DNA from: Schmidtea nova
Taxonomy: Eukaryota
Assembly: GCA_044892505.1 (NCBI GenBank)
Contig: CM097883.1
Coordinates: 236,654,001-236,718,000, forward strand
Reading direction: 5' to 3'
DNA: 64,000 nt
Shown: positions 41,901 through 55,200 of the stretch, piece by piece
Layout of the letters: each line of letters starts with the position of its first letter
Numbering within the stretch: the first letter of the stretch is position 1
Position numbers and translations under genes: made by a program
The notes under the pieces: generated by a model
Told to the model about the DNA's origin: nothing
Databases searched by the model: none
The model's input: only the letters and a program-made list of their open reading frames with translations

Positions 41901-43241
41901 NNNNNNNNNNNNNNNNNNNNNNNNNNNNNNNNNNNNNNNNNNNNNNNNNNNNNNNNNNNNNNNNNNNNNNNNNNNNNNNNNNNNNNNNNNNNNNNNNNNN
42001 NNNNNNNNNNNNNNNNNNNNNNNNNNNNNNNNNNNNNNNNNNNNNNNNNNNNNNNNNNNNNNNNNNNNNNNNNNNNNNNNNNNNNNNNNNNNNNNNNNNN
42101 NNNNNNNNNNNNNNNNNNNNNNNNNNNNNNNNNNNNNNNNNNNNNNNNNNNNNNNNNNNNNNNNNNNNNNNNNNNNNNNNNNNNNNNNNNNNNNNNNNNN
42201 NNNNNNNNNNNNNNNNNNNNNNNNNNNNNNNNNNNNNNNNNNNNNNNNNNNNNNNNNNNNNNNNNNNNNNNNNNNNNNNNNNNNNNNNNNNNNNNNNNNN
42301 NNNNNNGACTTTGGATCTTGGTAGTTTAAGGATCAACAAAAAGCAAAGTAAAAAGTTTGAAGACAAAATTCCTCCTTCTCAGATTGATGATTTGGTAATT
42401 AATGGGGATTCTAAAACTAAAATATTGAAATTAAATCTAAAAGCCCCTGGAAACGATGGAACGGTTGGCAATAGTAATTATTCTTATTTTGAAATTATTA
42501 ATTTCAAATCTCTATTTAAGAAAAATTGTTATTTTTTGCAGAAATTAATATTATTATGAGCGATTACTAATTCTGAGAATTTAAATATCATAATTTATAC
42601 CGAATTTATTTCAGTTATTTTCTGGAATGTGTTTTAAATAAAAATATAATTAAATATTATCATCATTATCTTTTGGTTTCACTTTAGATATTTTTTTAAA
42701 TTTAATAATTTTCAAATTAATTAAATATTGCCTTGAAACAAGATTAAAAGATTTTATTAAGGAGAGAACTTAAGGAAATGCTAAAATATTTAGAAAAAGT
42801 CAATTAATTTTCAATTATGTTCCAAATAGTTGAGTATTACATTTCAAATGAAAATACATAATTGTAAAACATAAAAATGAAGTATTCATTTTATTAATCA
42901 ATTTTCTTAGACATTTCATCTTTCGTTTTTATTAAACTTTTATCTTGTTTGAGCAGGCCTGGATAACCTGAATCGGATGAAGAGCCAAAAATAAAATGTC
43001 TTTAATTTCATGAGCCGCAAAAAATCCACAAAACAGTTTTTTAAATAAAACTTAATTCATTTATTTAATATACAACATTACAATAAATTTCTAATTTATA
43101 TTAACCTATATCATTTGTTAATATTTTAAAAATCAATACATGTCGAGGTTAGTAAAAAAGAGTACTGATATTGATTTTGGATAAGTTAAATGAAGGGAAA
43201 ATAAAATAATATTTTTAATTACACTGAAAAAGATGTTTAGT

Positions 43242-43272
<31 letters not shown>

Positions 43273-46200
43273 ATTTAATAAATTTTTGATTTTTAGTATA
43301 TTTTAAAAATAATTATAAACTGTTTCGTGAGCCACACATTTTCTTGCAATGAGTAGAGGGTTGGCTAACACTGAGTTAGAGAATAAAATATGTTATATTA
43401 TTTGTATTAATTGAAAAATATAATTAAGTAATGTTAAGCAACACTAAATTAATAGAAGCTTGTAAAAAGATTATTGTCTAACATTACTGAATTACTATTG
43501 TTAATAAATAAAAGTAGATAGAATGATATGTACTCACGTCCTATAAATATTAATTGTTTTTTAAACTTTTTTAATTAACTTAAGATGTAATATTTATTTC
43601 AAGTTTAAATTATTTTGCATTTCAAAATTTATTCTAAGTTTTGATCCAGTCTTTATTTAAAAAATGAAAATTAAAGAAATACATTAAAATGGATATATAT
43701 AAATTTATTTATCAACAACATAGTTTAATTTTTAAATGAACATCAATATAAAGCAGAATCAAGCATCTGTCTATTTAGTCCAGCGATTCCCAAACATTTT
43801 GAAGTCATTGCCCCATGATTCTGAAACCCTTTCACCATTGCCCCCCTCAAACGTAATCATGATATCTGACTGCCTGACCTTCTAACGAATATAAAAAGAT
43901 ACTTAAAAAACAATTACTTGAATCACATTTATTATTTAAAGTAATAAAGTGATCGTTAACTTCGATCAAATTAAATTGACTGAAAAAATAATTGACTTTA
44001 TCATCAATTTTTTTACTTATCGAAAATATTTTTTTGCTTACGAATTTATGTCGAACCAATCAGAACAAAAGCGTTAACGATAGAAGAAAATTACATGACT
44101 TACAATAGAAGTTCAAAAACGTTCAAATAATAGGTTTGTAGCACCGAAAACCTGAGTTAAGCATATAATTGACCGGCATATAATTTAACCTAACGTCCCA
44201 ATGATCCGGTATCGCCCAATTTAGCAAGCGCTGATTTAGTCGGTCTTTATTCAATGCTAAAAATGTTCGTAATAGATTTATTGATAAAAAGAAGATATTT
44301 GAGAAGATATTTAAAAATAATTTTAAATCATAAATGAAAGGTCCAGTCATGAATTCTGAAAAAACAGTTATATATTTTTTAGCTAATAAACAAGAAATGC
44401 ATTATTTATTATGTTGAAAATATCTAAAAAACTAAATTATAAAGAAATAAATAAAATTACCTGGGGGAAAATCGTCATGACGAAGGAGACAGTCAATGGG
44501 AACTCGAAAAAGAAAATGGAAATAAAAATAAATGAGAAATGAGAAAAAGGAGCCAGACAAAAAAAATCAGACAAGAAAACAAAAACAAAGGTCAACACTA
44601 ATTAATTAGTGCAAAAGGAAAAGGAATTTAAATCGGGAAAAACAAAAAACAAAATAATGCACTATCTTGAAAGCCTGTCAAAGATAATAAAAAACAAAAA
44701 GAAAACAGGCCGGAGCGGCAAAAAGGAAAACAGAGAATATCTTGACAGCTGTCAGAGATAACTCCGTGGCAGAAAAATGTCGGGGAATTATGTGGAGGAA
44801 AAATGGTAAATGAAAGATAAACTTAAGTATCTCAAATTGACGAGGTATAAAAGGAGGAAGCATAGCAGAAGCAGTCAGAAGATTTTAAACAGAACATTTG
44901 GCGGGAGAATTGAGTAAAACCCGTTATCATCGATGATTAATCGAAAAAAACTCAACCAGTAAATCCAAGTCAAACCCAGAAGACAACCAGCTAAATTACC
45001 AATTGTTATACCCCTCAGTGGTGAGTGATAGTTCGAACCAAGATTATACAAAGTGCTATTCTTCACCATCGTGTCGTAATAAGCACCGTGTAATCAGTTG
45101 TTGGGCTGTTGATTTTGGTCAATTCAGTGTTAAAGAAATTATTTTTGATATTCAATAAAGTTTCCAGTGTTGTTTGTTATTGTTGTCAATTAAAAGGCAC
45201 GCTTGGAGTCAGATATTTGATTGGTAACTTTTACCATTTCACCAACACCCCAGAACCCAATATATATGATGTTACCATTATTTGTCATTATTAATATCTT
45301 TTATTTTCACCTATAATCTTTTCGTTTCTACTTCATTTTTATAAACATAATAAATCAATTTTGTTACAAGTACACGAATTTTCGCCACAGTCTTTTTCAA
45401 GTGTGTAAATGCCTGTTCCGAAAATTTCAAATAATTTTGAATTTTTTTGCTTATGAGCAATTGTTTAGGTCTTGTGTTCTGTCGGCTACCAAACTCAGTT
45501 TTAAAAACAAACACATTTTGCGACCCTGCTAACTAGTAAAGATTCAATTCAAACATGACTTCTTTGTTGTTTGCTTAAGTCACAAGGCCTATATGCTATT
45601 TCTTGATTTTCTATGAACAAATTCAAACTAAATGAAATATTGGTGATTCCTTGGTAGCAGCATTAAGTATTAAATTAATTAATAAATAAGTAACAAAATA
45701 AGCCTTTGCTGCAAAAATAATTTTATTAAGTGAGAAAATTTTCGATTATCAAATAATCCTCGTCAAACTCTGAGATTGACGAGGATTATTTGATAATCGA
45801 AAATTTTCTCACTTAATAAAATTATTTTTGCAGCAAAGGCTTATTTTGTTACTTATTTATTAATTAATTTAAATGAAATATTACTTAATATATTAAAATC
45901 TCCATTGTTCATTTTCTGGTGGTTAAGCTTTGTCGCGACCCATTTAAACTAAGTCTGTAGCTCACACTTTGAGAACTTTCGATCTAATGAGTTCAAATAT
46001 TTTTTGAAATAAATTAGAAATTCGAAGTTAACTTTAAATTATTAGGGAAATTAAAATAATCTAAAATATCGTCCATTCTTCTATCAAACATTTGAAATCA
46101 ACAACTTACCTCAAATTCGAGTTGAAGCTTGTCTTGAATGGCTATTTTTGAACATAAAATTGGAAATTTCAAAGCCAAATGATAACTGGTTTGTAGAAAC

Positions 46201-49200
46201 TGAAGAAATACTTGACCCTTAACCACTTACATAAAAGGTCAATGATGTAATAAGTGAACTTTAATCTGTCCAAAAATTGTTCAGGTGTTAACTGGGTCAA
46301 AGGTCAAATATTGCATAATATGTTTAAAGTGATTGTTGGTAAAATTTAAAAATTAAATTAATTTTAAATTAAAATTTTAAAGTAAAATTATTATAAAGTA
46401 AAACAGATTTAAATGGTTAAATTTCAAATCTCACAATTTATAAGGTAAATATTTGTACGGAGATTTTAAAGAACTGAATTTAAGAAACAAGATTAAATTT
46501 AAATAGTTTGAATAGATAATAAAGTATTGAGAATTTTACAAAGACAAAAGAATGGCATAATATATAAAAAGTAATGAATGACATAATATCAAAAATAAGT
46601 ACTAAATTTTTGAAAAATCAAAGAGAGGACAAAATTTAAAAATTAAATTATTTTAAAGTAAAATTAATTAATTATGAAATAAATTGCTAACTAAATGTTT
46701 TATCAAAACGAAATAAAATAATTATAATTATAATTATAATTAAAATAATAAATAACAATTAATTTACAAAGAAAACATTTCTTAAGTATTTGCTCTTCTT
46801 TCTTCTTTTCAGAATTCCAGAACATCATATCGTTTACCTTGTAAATTTTCCCCAAATAAATTTATTTAATAAAGGTATTATTTTTTATTGTTGAGATTGA
46901 TATACAATGATGGAAATAAAATTGAGGTAACCCAAAAACATTGTTAAAAACATCAAAATATTTAAATTGCAAAAATTAATTAAAATTTTATTAAACTTAA
47001 AAATTAATATATTCCGGGATAAATATTTATGGTTGAATGCCAAATCATGAGACGAACCCAAATATGAAAGGTTCCGAGGAAAGGTTATTGTGAAATAACA
47101 AACTTATTAAAATTAATTAATTATCAATGAGAAACCTGAGTCAATGGGAAACCCGAGTGATGATAAAAACCCGAAGCACATTGGAGAGTCGAGAGAGCTG
47201 AGAACCTGGGTAATTGCTTAAATAACTTATGATAAACCCAAAAGGGTTGCATGAAAGTTGGAACAATCTAATTTGTTTCATGTACAAATTTTTTCAAAGA
47301 TTCCCAATAATAATTTACTTAATCTTAATTATCCTCTCAATGAAGTATAAAACGGGAGCTGGAAAAGAGACGAACAGCCATTTGGTCTAAGAGATTTAGT
47401 TAAAGCTATAATTAACGAAAGTCTGAAAGAAGTTGAAAGAGGTTAGACAGAAAACCATTATAATGAAACTTTACTTATATTAAAATACTAGAAAAGATGA
47501 TTGGAATTACCTTGTATTATCTGCCTTGTTTTTAATAAAATTCGTTCTCGAAAAGAAAATGCAAATTAGTGATAAATTGCAACTGGTAGTATCAGTTTAA
47601 TAAATTGATCTGTGTTGGGTATTGTTAATCTTATATAAATACAAGGACACTAGGAGTCAGAGTTCAGATCGATCTAATAGCTAAATAAAATAACCCAGCA
47701 TAATTCAGGTATCCTTAACAGGTGAAGAGAACATCTGTGTTGGACAAAAAATAAAATTTAATATAGTTTGTTTAAATAACGCCATAATCTCAACAGCTGA
47801 ACACGCGCAAGAGTTAGATTTAAAATTTCGCAAACGCCTAATAAATTCCCTAAAATATATTATTATAGGTACAAAATTTAAACAAAATCACAAAAAATTA
47901 AAATAACACAAAAGAGTTAACATGAAATTTACATAGGAAATAACAAAAAAAACCTTAAAGAACAAGGCAGAAAACAAGAAAATAAAATATTTATTATCGA
48001 GAAAATACAGGATTTAATTTGAAAAATATAAAATAATGATATTTATAATTAATAAATTTGATTAATCTAGCTCAGCGTTTCCCAAAGTTTTTTCACCGCG
48101 GCACCCTTTTTGATTTCAAATTTTTGACGGAACTCTATTTACAAAAATCAAATGCAAATGTTGCCAGATCTAATTTTTATATAGTGAATGGAATGTAATT
48201 GGCACACATGAAATAGAATGGAAATGCATTTTTGAAGGCAATATCAATGGAATTGAAAAAGAATTTTAAATTGGATCGAATAAAATCGAGAAATATTTAT
48301 TAATCTTTATTTATAAATCTTTTTTTATAAATTATTTATTTACAAAAAGTTCGCGGAACCCCTGCTATCAGTCCACGAAATCCCAGGATTCCGTGGAACA
48401 CACTTTGAGAAACGCTGATCTAGCTAATTGTAATAGAATATTTGATATTTGCTGAGTATATCTGCTGTATTTGAATGCTGGTTTGTTTGTTTGAATAATC
48501 TTGAATATCTGGGTCCTCGTATCATGCCATTTATTATTTATCCCAATGAAACATATGTAGTATGCTCACATGTATTAAATATGTTGAGTTAATATGAAAA
48601 TTGGTAAGAACATCTGACTACACGTACTTTTTTTCAAAATACAACAACACCAAACACAATTAATTTTAATTAAATCACACTACAATCACTAACAAGATTG
48701 TCAAAAACACTTTTAAATTATATCTGCACTTTCCAAGAAAGCGATAAGGTAAGTAATCCTACGGTAGACCACCTTTCTGAAACGCTTTCTGTATTACCCT
48801 GTGATTGATTTGCTTGATCAAACTTCACTCATGTAGTCTTAAATTACTTTTTAGACAACAAAAATAGCCAGATGTATCTTTTTGGTTACAGTCTTTAAAT
48901 TGATCGCCTAATAATTTTCAACTAACCATTTTGAAAGTTTTCTTTTCACTTTTATAGTGGTTTTTTTCTGTAAAAATTATTCGAAATTTTTGCAGGTGCC
49001 TCTAGTGGGCCATCATTAATAATTTGAATTTTTTCATCTCTCGGGTCTACCATTATCACCTAATTCAGCGGTTCCCAACCTTTCTGGTGCTGTGACTCCA
49101 TTATAACATTTGCCAATTTGTGGCAACCCAAACAATAAAATCAATAGGGATGCACTTCAGTTACAGCATTTTTGCAGCGAAATATTATGATAATTATGTT

Positions 49201-52200
49201 TTGGCTTTTAATTATCTGATTTTATTTTATTTTATTTGAATCATAGTATTGTACGTTGCTTCAGTGTTGTGACTATAGGGCCAATGTAGTCAGAGTAGGT
49301 AAGTAGAAGTATCGCTTAAATTTAAAATAATAGTAAGGAACCACTGACTCGCGTAAAAAATTATTTTTCAGAAGGTCTCAGGTGACCCCTGGCAAACTTT
49401 CACGTGACCCACAGGTTTGGAACCGCTGAACTAATTCTTCTTCAAAAATTTATTAATTTATTGACTTTTCAAGTTTCCCATACATCATGGATTTTCTTTT
49501 CGCTCCGGATTTTCATACAATTAATTTGTTTAATGTAATTGAATCATTTTTTGACAAGTCAGGTTTCTCACACAGCTTGGACTTTCCATTAACTAATTAA
49601 GATTTTAATAAACTTGTTTTTTTTATTATCTACTTATATAGACCCTCTATTGATTTTAGATTAATATATTTGCATTCGTCTCATCATTTTACATCTACCC
49701 ATACCTGTTTCCCCGCAAAATTATGATTTTTAATTTTTTAATTTTTAATAAATTTTGCCTTATATTTGGATTTTGCTATTTTTATTGAATTTTACTCAAA
49801 TTTCTGAGCATTTCATTTTCTCTGTCTGTTTAGACCAATGTTTCTTAAACTTTTGACCCGTGCGTTCCCCTTGCAAACATTTTCCAACTCTGTGTACCCC
49901 TTACTGAAAATTGTAAGATTTAATATTAAAAAAAAACTAATCAGGTATTACTATTTTTAATATAGGTTAGGGTTCGAAAATATATACAAGTTATTATAAT
50001 GTTAATATGTGATGTAAAGTAAAGGCATTTTTATGTACGTACAAATCAATTTTTAACATCTTACCTTATTGACGAAAAAAAAATTTTTTTCACAAAAAAA
50101 TAGATATAACACAGACACAATGCGCTCTGTACTCCACAAAAATCAAAATTATACTGATTTCAAGTCTAGATAACTGGCGTATCGTAACGGTCGTGGCGAC
50201 CGTTAAATAAATCACGGAATCTATAAAACGTCACTTTATGTATTTTCACGGAATCTTTAAAACGCCGCAGCAAATTTTAGTCAGTCTATAAAAATAATGT
50301 TTATATATGACAAAAAAACTAGCTACTGGCATCAAGCTAGGGCGATACATTATGAATATTCTTTGAATTATTTTATTTTTACTTTCTTTGGACTTGTACA
50401 TTTCTGCATAGATTATTATGTTGAATAAGTTCGTCAAGAGTCACACTGGGCAAAGTGACGTGTATGGAGAGTCATTGAGACAATGGCGAAAGATGAGTAG
50501 AGATGTTATTTCGTTCGACTTAAAGAATGCTTATTTACAGTTACATGTCGATGAAGAATGTTGGAAGTATCAAAAGGTATGCTATGACGATAAGTTTTAC
50601 TATTTGACTAGCCTACATTCAACCCAAATCCCAGTCTAGTCAAATAGTAAAACTTATCGTCATAGCATACCTTTTGATACTTCCAACATTCTTCATCGAC
50701 ATGTAACTGTAAATAAGCATTCTTTAAGTCGAACGAAATAACATCTCTACTCATCTTTCGCCATTGTCTCAATGACTCTCCACACACGTCACTTTGCCCA
50801 GTGTGACTCTTGACGAACTTATTCAATTCTCGGAAATTCATAACAGGTCGAACTTTATTCTTATTCGGCTGATCCACTGCTATTAATAGAATCGTACCAC
50901 GGACGCTTGATTCGACCGGTACAAGCCATCCTTCTTCTATCCAACGCCTAATCTCTGCATCAAACGGTGCTTGAATATCGTTTACCATCTTATAACAAGC
51001 AATCTTGTTCCACAATATCGCTGGTCCAGACTTTCATTTCCATTTGACGACCCATTTCTTGTCGAATCTAGCTTCGAAATCTTCGTCTATAATATTGATG
51101 ACGATCAGAGAAGAACTTGCTCCAGTGACACGCTTATCACTCAGCACACATACCTTCTCTTTCGAAAAAACGACTCCATCTGTACTAATCAGGACACTCC
51201 CTAATCTTCCAATAATATCCATGCCCAGGATCATCTCAATATCGTAGGTTAATTTTTCGAGAGCCAGACAATTTACTCTTAAATCTATACCTCTAATCAC
51301 CAAGTTTACCAATATATCACAATAACACGACACAGAGGTTCCATTTGCTATCATCACCTCGTCCGTTCTTCTCAACTTTTTGCTTACCAACGAAGCCAAA
51401 ACAACAGATCTTGAGCATCCGGAATCAATCAAAGCATTTGCCTCTTTCCCATCCACTTTAATTGTGATTATTTGCAACGCCATTACTGGCTCAATGGAGT
51501 AGACACCGGCGTAAGTGTTACCCCATTGTCGTTTTTTGAATTCTTGTTTGGACATACTCTAGATATATGATCGGTGCCGTTACAAGACCAACACCTTGTT
51601 CCAAACTTCTTAAAACAACGTTCAGCTAAGTGGCCAATCTTATCACAATAAGAACAACGTTTTACTTTGTTATATACAACGTTGACACATTCAATGTCTT
51701 GAACTTTCGTATTCATCATTGCCCGTGTTATCTGAACAATATCCCCCATTGGCATAGTATCAATCTTTGGAGTAGCCTGCAACAATCTCGACACGTCTTT
51801 TGGTAGTCCTACGACAAAAGCGTTGCTAACGGAGTTCTCATTCTTTTCTGTAAGTTTTGCACGAAATCTTAGATCGGCCAAAAATATATCCACTGATCCT
51901 CCAGTCCGTCTACAATTTCTCATTTTTCCGTATGATAAAAACATACTTGGAGAAAATGCTTTTTCCAATGCATTCTCGATTGCTTCAAAACTAGCCTTTT
52001 CCTTTTCTGATGAATGTTCGTACACGGCATATGCATCGCCTTTCAAAAGAATAAGCATAAAAACTTCTATAGTTTCTATCTTCAACATCTTTACAATTGA
52101 TTTGAGTTGAGCAAACCAGCTTGCAACATTGCCGGTTCCATCGAATTTTTCCAGATATTTCAAAACTTCCATCGATGGCCGCGATAGCTTGTGGTAAAAA

Positions 52201-55200
52201 TAATTAACGAGTTTTTGTATAATTATTATATAACATCAATTGCTTCTAAATATTAAATCTATTTCAAATACAATCAATATTAAAACAATTGAAATTAAAA
52301 AAAACAACAATTAAATTAAGCACAGACATCATTGACAATCTCATTTAAGTTATAGTTACCTTTTAATAATAAAACCCATGGAAGCTTTGCTAGCAATAAA
52401 GTAACATACATAGAAAAGTAGAAGTCACACTTGCCATGATTTATATTAAAAATAAAAAATTGAAACTTGTTCTTATCAAATAGAATACAATGTGATGATT
52501 TAATTATTTTTACGCATTTTAAGTAGTGTAATATGAATAAATATATTCCGGTTTGTCTAAATCAGTTAGAACGATTTTATAAATTAAAGAGCTGCGTTCA
52601 AAAAGCCTTAATAGATGGGAGAAAAGAGATTAATTTCTCATCCAATGAATTCAAAATAATTTCAAATATAATATCTGCTCTAACTCCAATAAAAATAACA
52701 GTTGAGAGTTTATGCTGTGCGAACACCGATTTATATAAGGCTGATATAGCTTTAGAATTTATGTTTGAGGAACTTTCAAAGCAAAATTTCTCACTCAGTA
52801 ATGATCTTAAAAATGCATTATCGAGACGCAGCTATGAGTGGCGGTTTGTATATGCGGACCTTTTTAGCTTTCTTCATATACCTAATGTCCGGAATTTAAA
52901 TTGCGAGGATTATGGAATTTTTGACCAACTCTCAAAAAATTCTTTAATATCCCAAATTGTTAACCTGTTAGAACGTTTATGTGTTAGCGAAGAAATATTG
53001 GACACAATTTCAGATTCAGATACGGAATTAATTGCTGATGACGAAATGGAAATGGAACAGCAACCAGTAGAACCTAGTTCTCTGCAAGAAAGGCTTCACA
53101 AAAGAATTCTGGAACGATACACACAACAAACATCTCAACTACCACAAAAAAAACCCAAGAAGGATTTAATAAAATTAATTCGCGCGGAAGTAAAGTATTT
53201 TGAAAGTGAAGGCATCAAAGGGAAACATATAAGCATCGTACATAATTATTTAAATACCGTTAGGCCCACAAGCGTCGATGCTGAAAAGGCTTTTTCCGCT
53301 GCAGGATTGCTAGTTACGAAAATCAGATCAATGCTTTCCGACAAAAGCGTCGATAATTTATGTTTTTTGAGATCGTATTTTCAAAATATAAAATAATTTA
53401 TTTTTCTATTAACTAATGAATTTTAATTTCTTTCTTTTAATTTTTTAAATTAAAAAACAAATGAATTAATATAATATTTTACTCAATTTTATTTTATTAA
53501 TATATTTTTAATATATATTTCTATTAACTAAAAAAATTTAATTTAATCTCTTTCTTTAATTTTTTAAATAAAAACAAATGAATTAATATAATACTTTACT
53601 GAATTTTATTTTATTAAGATTAATTTACGTTCCCTGTTTAGGGAATATTGTCTAGCTCAATTACCGAAAATTACCGGTATTATCGGTTTCGGTAACTTCC
53701 AATTACCGAATAACCGGTTATGAAGGAAGTGCTTCGGTAATGGACACCATAAATGTAGCCCCATAGATTATGTCTAGTATTTAGAAAAGGTGTTGAGTTT
53801 ACAAAGTGACATTGTTGAAGTGACAGATAGTTATATAGACGACATAATAGTTAACTAGTCATTAGTTTGCGTCTCGGATGTTATAAATCATTTGCAGAAA
53901 TATGGATTAGAAGTGAATTATTCAGAGAAGTTCGATGATGCAAGAGTTTTAGGATTGCAAATAACAATGCGTAACATGGATCGGATTTGGACAAGAGGTA
54001 ATGAGCTTCCTGTTTTGAGGATTGGGCAGGAAGTGTCGAAACGTCAATTATTTTCAATTTGTGGTCAATTGCTTGGTCACTATCCAGTGGCAAATTGGTT
54101 GCTAGTTGCTTGTGGTTTCATAAAACGTCACAGTAGTGGAGAGAAATGGGATGATAAAATTGGGCTTATTGCGCAAAAGATGTTAACTGACACTATTGCT
54201 CGTGTTTCCAAAGACGACCCGGTGCGTGGCAAATGGCATGTGTCAGAACAACTTAACGGTGTACTATGGTGTGACGCAAGTAGCTTGGCTTTGGGTGTTT
54301 GTTTGGAAATTGGAAGTCATGTAGTTGAAGATGCGTCCTGGTTGAGGAAGAAGATTGATGTGTGTCATATTAATTTAGCCGAGCTAGATGCCGTTATTAA
54401 AGGGATAAATGTAAGTCTAGCTTGGGGCCTGAAAGATATCTTAATAAAAACAGATTCAGCCACTGTGAAAAGTTAGGTTACCTCTATATTGCCCAATCAA
54501 GAAAGAGTACGTACACACTGAATATCAGAAATGTTAATTCAGCGAAGATTACAGATAATCAAGGAGTTGCAAGATAGTTTTAATTTAGCTCTTTCGATAG
54601 AGTTACTATCTACAGAGAGGAACAAAACGGATATACTAACGAGAGTACCTAAGACGTGGTTGTACTGGGTAAAGGCTGTAACATCTGTAGTAATTACAAA
54701 AATGGATGACTTAGTAAGGTATCACAATGCTCATAATTTAGACGTTAAAAGAGCGTTGGATCTTGCTAAGAGAAAATTCCCAAATATTACTAAGAAAGAC
54801 GTGCAAGATATCATTAGCAAAGGTGTAGAATGCAGATCTATTGATCCAGCACCGGTTACATGGAAGCACAGGAAGCTTGATGTTGAGGTAAATTGGAAGA
54901 GGATCGCGATCGACGTGACTCACTATAAGGATAAAAGGTATTTAACAATTATCGATTGTGGACCGAGTCGGTTTGCAATTTGGAGGAAGATAGATAGTGA
55001 GGAAGTTGGAGTCATAATTCGAAATTTAGAGCAGATATTTAGGGAAAGAGGTTCACCAGTAGAAATACTCGTAGATAACGCTACATCCTTTCAATCTGGA
55101 GTGATGGATTTGCTGTGCAAGAAGGGGGGGGGGTTATGCGCATGTTCAGATGTGTATATCGACCTGCTGGAAATGGGATAATCAAGCGGAACCATAGAAC

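Noticed and set aside
6880-47220. Similar AT-rich segments at ~6880-7140 and ~47010-47220
   Set aside because: Probably an unclassified dispersed repeat; no ends or ORF definable.
48065-49436. Shared CTAG/CTAA-centred TSDs of three hAT elements
   Set aside because: Known target preference of Buster/Charlie hATs; not novel.
50418-50639. Plus-strand RT-like ORF as a separate gene
   Set aside because: It is the fold-back duplicate of the minus-strand RT segment.
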